A stretch of DNA of 20,777 bases from Amoeboradix gromovi X-113 (GCA_018985225.1 JADGIF010000098.1:1-20777); one strand, 5' to 3'. Shown: positions 1 to 9,540, counted from the first letter of the stretch. Program-made: numbers and translations. Notes: generated by a model not told the origin, from the letters alone.

Positions 1-182
1 GAGGAATACAATCAATGAAAGAAAATTGGTATAATAGAAGAAGATCTTTTATTAATGATAGCATTTCCTGCGTATGGTGCACCTCCTTTAAAAACGAGTT
101 AGTCTAGTTTTTATATTTTGGTGTCCCATCCATAAAAAGAAGTAAATGGTTTTTTGTGTTAATTTCATATTATGAAACAGTT

Positions 183-620
183 TTAATCAACTTGCTTAGG
201 GATTTGTGAGAATACTTTCATATCGAGTTCCTTCTGACTATCATATCTTTGGCTTGATTTGCTGTTATGCATTCTCTTTACTTCCACTTCATTTTTACAT
301 CTACAGCATTTCTTGGATGTACATTCTTCAGGTACTATGGTCACCGGACCCATTTTGAGAATCGATGACATAATAATCTATTAGGAACCGGATCACACCC
401 TCTCACGTGTGCTTTTCCACCATTCCCCCAGCTAATAGCTCTCTTAAGTCCCCTTTCTTGAATTTCTGTTTCTTTCTCTCTTTATCACTCAATTTGAAAT
501 TCTTTATGTCTTTTCACCAGTTACCAATTCATTATACATCATGTAGTTGATATTTTGTTTTAATCCAAATCGTCTAGATCGCCATTGTTTAAAGCATTTC
601 TGACTATAAAACCAATTTGT
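183..620 (-). pseudogene. Decayed Fanzor1-like (eukaryotic TnpB) nuclease fragment
   Basis: Minus-strand frames, broken by stops and frameshifts, read WFYSQKCFKQWRSRRFGLKQNINYMMYNEL, then AISWGNGGKAHVRGCDPVPNRLLCHRFSK, then GPVTIVPEECTSKKCCRC. This follows the Fanzor1 order FY..WRF..Q / I.GD..KG..P.P..L / V..VDE..TSK.C..C (rearranged RuvC-II Glu followed by a zinc finger). RuvC-I and RuvC-III were not found. Confidence 0.7.
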
Positions 621-960
621 CTGGTTTTCTTTAGAGTGCCACATACTGTACATGGCATCAAATTTCCGTGTTTGGACCAGCTTATCAGTCTGAGACGAAT
701 GTATGCTGTACCTGCTAGTTAATTCTTTAGAATTGATTTACCACTTGCAAAAAAATATCGAGTATTTAGCTGTTAGAAAAATCTGGAAAAGTCTTGAAAT
801 TATACAAAAATGCATACAGATTCTCGATAGATGATTTATTCAAGAAAACAATCGAGCTGTTTCATGCAGTTAAACAAGTCTAGAAAGAGAATTTATTGGA
901 GAACTAAAGCTTATGTGATCTCGATAAATAAAGTTATTTTATAATCAGCCATTTATTTTC

Positions 961-1884
961 ATGAATGAAATTTTTGGAATGATTTCTATATTTCTTGCTT
1001 CCAGTTCATCCAGCACCGCTGGAATGTTTGCGAAATTGGCTAGTACCTACATTCATACATTCGATTTGACTTTAATTCGAATGACTAGTCAGGTTGTAAT
1101 AGTTTCAGTATTTTGTTACATTTTTCACATCTCACCGCTAAAAGAACAGCACAAGAAACAACAAATTACGCGTGGTTTACTAGGAAGTGTAAGCTTTACC
1201 CTGGGATTATATGGCAATACTAACATGGAGATGAGTAACTGTACAATACTAAAGTTTGTTGGTAAGTTATTTACAATATTATTGGCAAGGTTTTATTTAA
1301 AAGAAAAGATTTCGATATTGAAAATATCAGCTCTTTTATTGGGATTTTTCGGCGTTTTTCTAGTTGCTAAACCAAGTTTTGTTTTTGGATCCCAAATCCA
1401 TGAAGAGTATCCCATGAGAAACTATGCTGTGATTGCTACAATATTAGGGGCACTTACGCTCAGTGTTTCAACTATTCTAACTAAAACAATAGTCAACAAA
1501 GTTCACGTCCTCTCGCTTATATGGTATTTTTCAATTGTTTCCTTGTTCAGCACTCTTCCATTGCAGTTTTTCAAGGAAACCTCATCCGTTTTATTTAATT
1601 TACATTATGTTGTGTTTATGGTAATTTTTTATTTGTGCTCTCAACTTTTACAGAATGCAGGCCTTAAAACAATCTCCGCCTCTGTAGTAACTTTGATTCA
1701 AATAAGTGATACATTGTTTGGCGTAATGTATGGTGTATACGTTTTTAACGAAACTCTGGATGCGTACAGTAAATTAGGCTGCATCTGCGTCTTATCGGTC
1801 AATTTTTTGCTAGTCTTAGAAAAGTTTTACGAGTCTCAAAAGTTCGGAAAGGTTAAAGACTATATCGAGTTAAGCAGGGCCTAA
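961..1884 (+). CDS. EamA/DMT-superfamily transporter (SLC35G-like), 307 aa
   Basis: About 10 hydrophobic segments in two repeats. Motifs ITRGLLG, FTILLARFYLKEKI, GFFGVFLVAKPSFVFG, YGVYVFNE. AATAAA at 1891. Confidence 0.85.
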   Translation: MNEIFGMISIFLASSSSSTAGMFAKLASTYIHTFDLTLIRMTSQVVIVSVFCYIFHISPLKEQHKKQQITRGLLGSVSFTLGLYGNTNMEMSNCTILKFVGKLFTILLARFYLKEKISILKISALLLGFFGVFLVAKPSFVFGSQIHEEYPMRNYAVIATILGALTLSVSTILTKTIVNKVHVLSLIWYFSIVSLFSTLPLQFFKETSSVLFNLHYVVFMVIFYLCSQLLQNAGLKTISASVVTLIQISDTLFGVMYGVYVFNETLDAYSKLGCICVLSVNFLLVLEKFYESQKFGKVKDYIELSRA

Positions 1885-1914
1885 TCACGCAATAAAATTT
1901 TAAACACAGATTTA

Positions 1915-2526
1915 TTATCTATATCTTCGTAAAGACAACTGGTTATTTCTCTTCCAAGCTGCCTTTCTTGACCCACCAATAGTCTGATTGAAGTTATGTC
2001 CTTTACCAATACCTCTGCTCTTCTTCGTTGCTGATGTGAGTCCACGGCATTCACGATGTTTGTGTTTGTTAGTGGTGATCCATTGCATATGAGGGTCGTT
2101 TCTGATAGCAGCATGTTGTGGGTCAACTAAAATAACCTCATAGTACTTAAAAGTAGCATCTTCTGCTACCCAGTAACTATTCAAAACTCTTAAATTACCG
2201 CATCTTCTACCAACTCTACCTTCAGCAATCGCTTGAAGACTTCTTTGGTTCTTTAATTGTGTAACACCCTGGCTTCCAGGTTTACCATAAACAATACCTT
2301 TATGAACAGGTCGTTTTCTTCCTCCGCGACGAACTCTAATTCTGTAAGTGACGATACCTTGCTTTGCTTTATATCCTAAACGATGCGCTTTATCAACACG
2401 GCTCGGTTTACATTTATGAATTACAGGCAATTGTCTGTATTCCCAGGTTCTAATTCTGTTTAAGAAACGTGCCAAATCACTTTGTTTCTTCTTTGATAGT
2501 TCTTCTAAATAACGGTAAGCTCCCAT
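1915..2526 (-). CDS. RPL15: 60S ribosomal protein eL15, 203 aa
   Basis: [17 protein letters not shown]...[24 protein letters not shown]...LSLRRYR. The true ATG is at 2526; the ORF-track extension starts at a non-ATG codon. Confidence 0.98.
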   Translation of the reverse strand: MGAYRYLEELSKKKQSDLARFLNRIRTWEYRQLPVIHKCKPSRVDKAHRLGYKAKQGIVTYRIRVRRGGRKRPVHKGIVYGKPGSQGVTQLKNQRSLQAIAEGRVGRRCGNLRVLNSYWVAEDATFKYYEVILVDPQHAAIRNDPHMQWITTNKHKHRECRGLTSATKKSRGIGKGHNFNQTIGGSRKAAWKRNNQLSLRRYR

Positions 2527-2974
2527 ATTTTTCGCGGTAGTTTGTCTTCCAATTTCCCACAATGCAACACGTGAGGGGGTTGAAACAAATACCCGAAAAT
2601 TGAAAAACACTGCAAGGACGTCTTTAAAATATGTAGGATGATATCAGTAACATTTCATGAGGTTTAGCGTGATAATCTACCGGCTCTCATACATTTCAAT
2701 CTCGGTCGTTTCATATTGACCTATCCAGATGTCGATAAGCTGTATGTACTCCTTAAAGGAGAACATAGGGCACCTCAAGATCACATGACTTTTACAGGCA
2801 AGAAACTACAAGTTCTAGTTATGCTTATTAGTTGTCGCCTTATGTACAGAATTGTTTTAACTTCCTTAGCCTCAAATTTGTATTGAGTTAATTATTTGGA
2901 GCAAAAAATTGCGTCATGCTCACGCTGATCCTACCATGTGATACATATTTATAAGAGCGGTATCCCTGATAAAT

Positions 2975-3304
2975 ATGGAATGTATGTGGAATCATTGTGG
3001 TAAACTAATCGAACAAGATGATATCAAGGCTCACTTAAACGCGCATATTGGCTACAAAAGAGACCATAATTTTCAGGGGAATTGCCGCTGGATGGACAAA
3101 TCTAATTGTACATACATTGGAAACTCTAGGCATCTGCTCCTTAGCCACCTAAAAAGACATTATAATGGCCCAATATATACCTGCAAGTTTTGTAAAATTA
3201 AAAAGTACAAGTGGAGCCACGATCTGCTTAAACATGAACGCAAATGCAAAATGCAAACATTTCAAGAGATAGTCGATTTACTATTTGATGGTCTAACAGA
3301 GTAA
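2975..3304 (+). CDS. Small three-finger C2H2 protein of PacC/Rim101 (tandem CWCH2) type, 109 aa
   Basis: CMWNHC..HLNAHIGYKRDHNFQGNCRW..C..RHLLLSHLKRH..YTCKFC..KWSHDLLKH parallels PacC CxW..C..HVGRKSTNNLNLTCQW..RDHITSHIRVH..HKCDFC..KRPQDLKKH. TATA-like tatttataag at 2946. Confidence 0.7.
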   Translation: MECMWNHCGKLIEQDDIKAHLNAHIGYKRDHNFQGNCRWMDKSNCTYIGNSRHLLLSHLKRHYNGPIYTCKFCKIKKYKWSHDLLKHERKCKMQTFQEIVDLLFDGLTE

Positions 3305-5663
3305 TCAAGCCCAATTCATATTTTTGGATTCCTTGGTATTTCCAATAAACTCTTGTATTTTCTGCATTCTATATTAATTTTAGTTACAGTGCATTTAAAA
3401 CCGGCCCTTGACTAGTAACTAGCTTGACAGTAGTTTTTTTAATCAGGTCTCCATGTGTAATCATAACATCTGTGTCCCCAAATCTAGTATTTAAAATCTT
3501 TGAATATGGAACAAAAAGTATCTCTTCAAACTTACTCGTCTCATGTATATATAAACCCTTTGCGTTTACGGTGACCATGGCTTCTTTTTTAGTCTTTGGG
3601 TAATCAGGTACTGCCATATAATATGAAAACCCCCCATAAAGTTTTAAGTTACTTGCTAACATAATATATGCATCATGCAGTTTGTCTTTTGTATAGCTAT
3701 TGTAAAATGATATTTTCTTGAATACGTCATTCCTCAGTTGCATTAATTCCTTGTTCATATTCTCCGAAAAAAGCGAGGGGATATCTTTTTCCGTTGAGTC
3801 TCTGTATTTACCTAATATTGCAAACATGTCAATTAATTTATCCTTATTGTTTGCAAAATCAGTGCTTGTTATCCATTTCCCAAGCACTACGCTAGCGGCC
3901 GCCTGCGAGAACTCCATGTAACTACTTGGAATCACTGCCGGTACTTTCCACAATATTTTAGTCAATGTCAGTCTATGAACATTCAAGTCTTTCAACTTGC
4001 CCTTGACAGCTATCGATTTTAGTTGACTAAATACATCCAAAACATATTGATGATCATCCGGTACAATCACCTCACCTTCTGGGAGCACACCACAAACAGT
4101 GGATATATTATATAATTCATCTTTCATATCTATTTTGTTGGCAATCATGTCTAGCAACTCTCCAATCGTCGCAAATACATCTACTTCAAATGTCTGTGGT
4201 TGACTACCGATATGAACAGGTAGCGAAACTGGTTTGCCATTTATAATCGCTGCAAATTCTTCAACTGTTGGCAAAAACAATCTGTCTTTTATAGTTTCTT
4301 TTAGTTTTAAAAACTTTAAACAGTCTTCCGCTACGGTATTCCATGATTTTGTCGTGTTCAACGCTATTGATATGCAATGCCTTTTCAAATACAGTTCTAT
4401 ATTCTTTGGTGGTTTGGTAAAGATACAAATTAGTTTGATCAAGTACCAGCCTCGTTGTTCCGAATCTCCGATTCCTCTATTGTTAGTTGTTTGCTTAATA
4501 ACCTGGGCTATGATCTCTTCTAACAGCTCTGGATATCTCTTACAAGCCTTTAGTACATTCATTGCTGCCTCTTCTTTGTTAATTCTATCGTTTGGTAAAT
4601 CCCCCATAAATATCATAATATTCGTAAACGTATCGATTGCATCATCCTTGTCCTTTAGCATGCACATTTGCATAGTCAAGGGCCCCTTGACTACTTGCTT
4701 AGAGAACTTCACTAATTCTACGGTTGTTTGGTTACCCCAATCAGTGGTTGACTTTGTTTTAGCCCTCCTTAGGGTTCCAGTATTATTGTTTGCGGTGTCC
4801 TGTTTAAAAAAATATTTAATAGCATAATCTATGAAGTGATATTGATCCAGCTCCTTGGCTAATTGCGGATCAACCGATCTCATAGGATTAGCTTGGCTAG
4901 GATCTCCAACAGACCTGCGATTACGTTCATTAGATTGTATAATAGTGGACTGAGCAGTTCTTAATGTAGGCTCGTTGGGTTCGTTTTCCTCATCTCTGTA
5001 CTTGCGAATAAGATACTTTACAGTAAAAACATCAATAGCCTTAGAGTTGGTGAAAATTGGTTGAAGAATTTGAATAGGGACCCAATCCATGGAGTCATTG
5101 ACCTCTAGACATCCCCAGAAGTTGTCAGGACTTATTTGAATTACAGTTCCTGTAGTGTATCGTTGAATGATTTTGTTATGGGGGTCAGTGAAGTCCTGAA
5201 GGACTACTGCTCGATACTCACCACGAGTGAGAATTTTGAGATAGTTTTCATAAACTTTTTTAATTCGCTCTCCAGGAGCAGCGAGCTCAAAAGAATCACT
5301 TTTCGTAGATATAACTAGGGCAGAATCTGTAAAGTTATCAAGAACAATGTCATCAAAGGTGTAATCACTGCCAAGGAACTCAACACCATTAGAATAAATG
5401 CGCAGATCTAACGGTTTTTGTTTATGTAATACTTTGAAATAATGATGAAAATACTTTGTGCGGGATAGTGATTGAATCTGCGGTTTAAAGTCATCGAAGT
5501 TGGAAACGGATAAAGCAGTAAAATCAGCATTACATAGTTCTTTAATTTTGTTAAAATCGCGTTTAATTTGACCGACTAAGAATTCCTTATCTTTCATATT
5601 TGTAATCTCTTGATCCTCATATAGACTTCTTCTTATTATTTTAATTTTAAGTCCGGAAGACAT
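3305..5663 (-). CDS. SH3-MyTH4-FERM protein (myosin VII-type tail without motor), 779 aa; exons 5663-3388 and 3368-3305
   Basis: SH3-like YRAVVLQDF..FWG..DWVPIQIL. MyTH4 IMIFMGD..EEIIAQVIKQTTNN..RGWYLI..RLFLPTVEEF. FERM C-lobe LKLYGG..VTVNAKGLY..TSQG. Removing a 19-nt intron extends the frame (LMQKIQEFIGNTKESKNMNWA) to TGA at 3307-3305. Confidence 0.85.
3369..3387 (-). other. 19-nt spliceosomal intron GTAACTAAAATTAATATAG
   Basis: GT-AG ends, branch-like ATTAAT-A-TAG, same length as the ARF1 and HP1 introns. Splicing completes the terminal FERM helix and places the stop directly against the neighbouring gene's stop. Confidence 0.75.
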
Positions 5664-5745
5664 GCTCTGGCCTAGTTTTCAAAATTCGTATTCAGAGCAA
5701 AAAAGACGTGGGCCAATATCATCAAGGGGTAAAGTCCATAACAAA

Positions 5746-6039
5746 ATGTCTACTGCATCCCCACCAAAATCAAACACCAAGCAACTTCAATCAGAAGTAA
5801 ACGAAGTAGTGGGTATTATGCAAGATAATATCCACAAAGTCATGGAAAGAGGAGAACAGCTGGATCAGCTACAGACGAAAACTGATGACCTGCAACAATC
5901 TAGTATGCAATTTAGGCGTGGAGCTAACAGAGTGCGAAGACAGATGTGGTGGAGAGATATGAAAGTTAAGCTATTAATTGGCGGAACCATTATTATTATT
6001 ATTATCATAATTGTAGTCGCTGCAACTAGTGGAAAATAA
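5746..6039 (+). CDS. Synaptobrevin/VAMP R-SNARE (Snc1/2-like), 97 aa
   Basis: LQSEVNEVVGIMQDNIHKVMERGEQLDQL..FRRGANRVRRQMWWRDMK plus a C-terminal TM anchor. Start most likely the ATG at 5746. Confidence 0.95.
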   Translation: MSTASPPKSNTKQLQSEVNEVVGIMQDNIHKVMERGEQLDQLQTKTDDLQQSSMQFRRGANRVRRQMWWRDMKVKLLIGGTIIIIIIIIVVAATSGK

Positions 6040-6408
6040 TAAATTGCATTTTTATTCATATATGCTGGATTTTGCTGCGAACTCTTGTTATGCTCTTTGA
6101 TGGTTTAAACTATATCCTATGCTTATTAGCATATTCTCGGTTGTGGAGTGGCTCTGGTATGCTGGTCCTATACAATTAGCAGTCTACAGAGCAAAACCGT
6201 TCCATCTCGGTGAAATTGTGCTATTTAAGCTAGTCTATGGGATTGTTTCCGTAAGGTTGGGGGGGGGGGTGCACTTGGGGTTAGTTTCTTATGCAAGGGC
6301 GTTTTAGGTCCTCTCTAGAAGTTTAATATCTGTGCAATAAACTTGGGAATTGCTCAGACGTTTTTCGTTACTTGGGCGAAAAATCATCCAGAATGCGTAT
6401 CAAGCAAA

Positions 6409-7332
6409 TTAATCATTTATTGACAAAAAATTCTTCATCTGCTCATAAACCATAAAGCTAATCATGCTCATCGGAATCACTTTTATATATCCAATACTTA
6501 AGGAGACGTAGAAACCACGCCATCCATTCTCTGAATAAATAGTATTAATTGTTTTCAATATAGTGGAGTAGTTCACATCCACTAAAGAATACACCTGCAT
6601 TCTTCTGCGGATTATTTCAAAGGGATAAGAAATGGTTTGCGCAGCCGCACCGCTTACTCCCCCATTTATTAAATGCGCGTGCATAGGTAAAATATCATAA
6701 TATTTTCTGCTAATAAGTATACATTGCTCATAAGTTAAAAAAGCGAAGCCAGCATAAGGAATCATTCCAAGGATAGTAGGAGCAAATCCATTGTAAAAGT
6801 TGAAAAACTTTCCATTGCCTTGGTTATATATTTGTGCAATCGTGGCAATAACCGAGCACTTGTTCAACTGAACGGCTAAACGAACACGAAGAACTTCAAT
6901 AGGATAAGTCACAAAGACACTACACATGCCACTTAAACTTCCACAAGTGAATTCGCGTAGTTTCGATCTTTTTTCCTTCATAATTATGCTTTTGAACTGC
7001 TCATAACTGGTGAATTTAATTGCGGCATACGGAAATATTCTAAAAAGGGTTGCAGAGTGTCCTTGAAGTAGCCCACGGATTCCAAATTCACCATAAATTC
7101 TGCTGAGAGCTATGAATGCACCACGTACACTTCCCAGATATACAGAATATTTATTGGTGTGACTTTTTGATGTAGTTTGAAATATTATTTTTAGTCTATC
7201 TAGTGGTGCTACTGCTGTTTTAGCAGCGCTTCCAGCTATACCGCCGGCGATCAGGGAATTCAAGACATAGCTCAGCGATTGTTTCGATTTACGAATAGGC
7301 GCTGCTGAGGCTTCATTGACTTCATTCTCCAT
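6409..7332 (-). CDS. Mitochondrial carrier, CoA-transporter type (Leu5/SLC25A16/42-like), 307 aa
   Basis: Three PxD/ExxK/R signatures (PLDRLK, PIEVLR, PFEIIR). GHSATLFRIFPYAAIKFTSYEQFK and GMIPYAG are typical of the Leu5 subfamily. Confidence 0.9.
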   Translation of the reverse strand: MENEVNEASAAPIRKSKQSLSYVLNSLIAGGIAGSAAKTAVAPLDRLKIIFQTTSKSHTNKYSVYLGSVRGAFIALSRIYGEFGIRGLLQGHSATLFRIFPYAAIKFTSYEQFKSIIMKEKRSKLREFTCGSLSGMCSVFVTYPIEVLRVRLAVQLNKCSVIATIAQIYNQGNGKFFNFYNGFAPTILGMIPYAGFAFLTYEQCILISRKYYDILPMHAHLINGGVSGAAAQTISYPFEIIRRRMQVYSLVDVNYSTILKTINTIYSENGWRGFYVSLSIGYIKVIPMSMISFMVYEQMKNFLSIND

Positions 7333-7499
7333 TCGTTTAAAAAATTCTCTTTTCGGTTACATTAAACCAACCTTCTAAACCAATATCTTAACTAAAATCA
7401 ATACATTTGCTATGGGCTACTAAAAGCCAATTGCGCCCATTTGCGCCAAATCACCTATTTGGGTCTTGCACCTCATGATTTGAACAGCTACCCCTTTAA

Positions 7500-8504
7500 A
7501 TGCAACTTCTCGTTCTTTCGGTGTTAGCAAAGTCTGCTATTGAAAGGGAATACGACCGATTCCAAAGCACCCACGATACCGGTCAAGCTGTGTGTTCAAA
7601 GGACTATCTTTTTAAAACATTGATTTGCGGTAAAAATTGTAAAGAATTCGAAATCGGGTGTCAAAGGATGGTGGACGATCTAGATAATAGCTATAGTTAC
7701 AGAAAACAAGGAACTGTTACTTACGACGAAATAAAATGTCCATTACTATGGAAATGTAATACCCAATATTCTTGCCCAACTGATAGAATCATAAGTGGAA
7801 TAAAATGCAATGGGTGGCGCTGTAAGAATCCAGGTGTATTTTGCGATAAGGTCGTTGGTCAATTTGGCCAACCAAAAGTTGGCGATGAATGCTTCTGGAC
7901 AGATAAATTGAACAAGAATATGCCTTTTAGAGAATGTCCGTCTGGATACGTTGCCAAGGGAATTAGCTGTAACTCAATTTGGTGTCAGGAGTTGAAGCTG
8001 CAGTGTTGTCCGTTATACCAAGCCAATAAAGACTGTAAAACCAGCTCATGGAATCAATGGTCTCAGTGCTCCGACAACAAGCAGCAAAGGAGTAAAACTG
8101 TCATTAGCAAAGAAATCGGTGACGGTAAAAAATGCGCAAATCTTTCGGAAACACAAAGTTGTCAAAAATGTGTTCTGGGTGAGTGGAAAGCATGGTCACG
8201 ATGTGAAAAAAATAGAAGAATTAGAATCCGAAATATTATTAAATCCCCTTATGGTGACGTTAGTCCTTGTGGACCCTTGCAAGAGATTCAGTCTTGCGCT
8301 TCTCCAATGCCACCTCCTAAGACAGGTGAGAAGGACTGCAGAGTGTCAAAATGGGGCCAATGGACAAAATGCCACAAAAAGGTACAAACAAGAAGTAGAA
8401 AAATTGTGCAAAATCCAAGTAAAAACGGCAAGAAATGTCCAAATCTTACGGAGTCCAGAAAGTGTTGTGCTGCTTATGGATACAATTTGTCAAAGTGTCA
8501 ATAA
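7500..8504 (+). CDS. Putative secreted Cys-rich protein with three thrombospondin type-1 (spondin-like) repeats, 334 aa
   Basis: Short hydrophobic N-terminus and three C..S/G.W..WS/T.C...R.R/K...C..L.E...C repeats (WNQWSQC, WKAWSRC, WGQWTKC). Duplicated C(P)..G..GI.C..W.C...C units in the N-terminal half. No TM anchor. Confidence 0.85.
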   Translation: MQLLVLSVLAKSAIEREYDRFQSTHDTGQAVCSKDYLFKTLICGKNCKEFEIGCQRMVDDLDNSYSYRKQGTVTYDEIKCPLLWKCNTQYSCPTDRIISGIKCNGWRCKNPGVFCDKVVGQFGQPKVGDECFWTDKLNKNMPFRECPSGYVAKGISCNSIWCQELKLQCCPLYQANKDCKTSSWNQWSQCSDNKQQRSKTVISKEIGDGKKCANLSETQSCQKCVLGEWKAWSRCEKNRRIRIRNIIKSPYGDVSPCGPLQEIQSCASPMPPPKTGEKDCRVSKWGQWTKCHKKVQTRSRKIVQNPSKNGKKCPNLTESRKCCAAYGYNLSKCQ

Positions 8505-8544
8505 ATTATTAATTGATGTTCAATATTTACCTTGCTATAGTAAC

Positions 8545-9540
8545 GAAGACACTCCAGAGTCTACAAGAAATGCTTTATTATGTCAGTCTATGACTGCTTT
8601 AAAAAAACAAGAAAAATGGAGAGACTGGAAAAGCTTTTAAAATGAAATTCAAGAGTAACAAAGATGGCGATTGTATAGAAACCAATAAGTGTGATTTTAC
8701 TAGAAAAGTATTATTCCCAAGAAAGAAATTTGGAAGACTAAAAGGTGTAGAAGATTGGACAAACAATGTTGTAAATGGAGCAATTAAAATATCTCGAAAT
8801 ATATTGAATTAGTTCTTTGTTCATATACTTTGTGAATATCATCCTGAAGAACCAAGGATTGTTGGAAAAGTAGTTGCATTGGATCCAGGTGTGAGAAAGT
8901 TTCTTAGCGACAAAGATGGTAGGTTATTTTTGGAGTTTTTTTCATATGAATTTGACCATATTAAGAAATGTTTGTATGCAATAGATGAGCTTCAATCAAA
9001 AATAGATAAACAAAAGAAAAAGAAGAAAAAGAGAGGATACAGAAAGCATTTCATGGATTTTTTAAACGAGTCAAAAATCAGAGAAGCTTTCGTAAATAGA
9101 TTTGTGATTATTTTGCAAAAACATACGATTTGATTCATCTATCACCATTTAGCAATAGTCAGATGTTGACTGGTTTATCAAGTAAATTAGCAAGAAACAT
9201 GGCTACAATGTCTCATTATTCATATAAAGAGAGATTAAAGTTAAAATGTAAAGAAAGAGGAAAAACATGGTTGAATATAACGAAGCATTCACTAGTCAAC
9301 ATGTACAAGGTGTAGCACTCTGAAGAAAACCAATTTGGAGAATACACTTGTTCAGATTGTCATTTTGAAGATGGATAGAGATCATATGGTAGCCAGGAAT
9401 ACATATTTCAAATATATACATCCTTATTCAATCCCACCTCAGGGAAGTGGTCGCTCACGCTCCCACTGTAAGGAAGAAATTAACCTCTCTATGGAAATTC
9501 TCGATTTTATAGGAAACCAGGTGTTTTAATGAGTGTCCCA
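8545..9540 (+). mobile_element. Decayed Fanzor2 / IS607-type TnpB element (copy A) with putative 3' omegaRNA
   Basis: Frameshifted pieces in the correct order: DTPESTRNA..FKMKFKSNK; RuvC-I VVALDPGVRKF (D at 8882); LSSKLARNMATMSHYSYKERLK; RuvC-II NEAFTSQ (E at 9282); zinc finger CTRC...CSDC; RuvC-III DRDHMVARN (D at 9380). In-frame TAG at 8810 and several frameshifts. Confidence 0.9.

Noticed and set aside
3718-5318. Plus-strand ORFs 3718-3921, 4234-4827 and 5136-5318, and similar shadow ORFs (1881-2126, 5865-6059, 13367-13588, 14943-15287, 17233-17679, 17740-18072, 18576-18782, 19629-19817, 20481-20705)
   Set aside because: Antisense or alternate-frame shadows of well-supported genes, with no motifs of their own.
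5988-6012. (ATT)n microsatellite
   Set aside because: Encodes the poly-Ile transmembrane anchor of VAMP.
6275-6284. Minus-strand CTAACCCCAA resembling a telomerase RNA template
   Set aside because: Only 10 nt, the organism's telomere repeat is unknown, and no other telomerase RNA element was recognised.
7430-7450. Tandem TTGCGCC and an E2F-like TTTGGCGC site in the carrier/TSP1 divergent promoter
   Set aside because: A single short motif next to genes with no cell-cycle link; cannot be supported.
8119-8640. 173-aa ORF overlapping the TSP1 gene
   Set aside because: Alternate frame of the TSP1 gene running into the start of the Fanzor relic (DTPESTRNA); not an independent gene.
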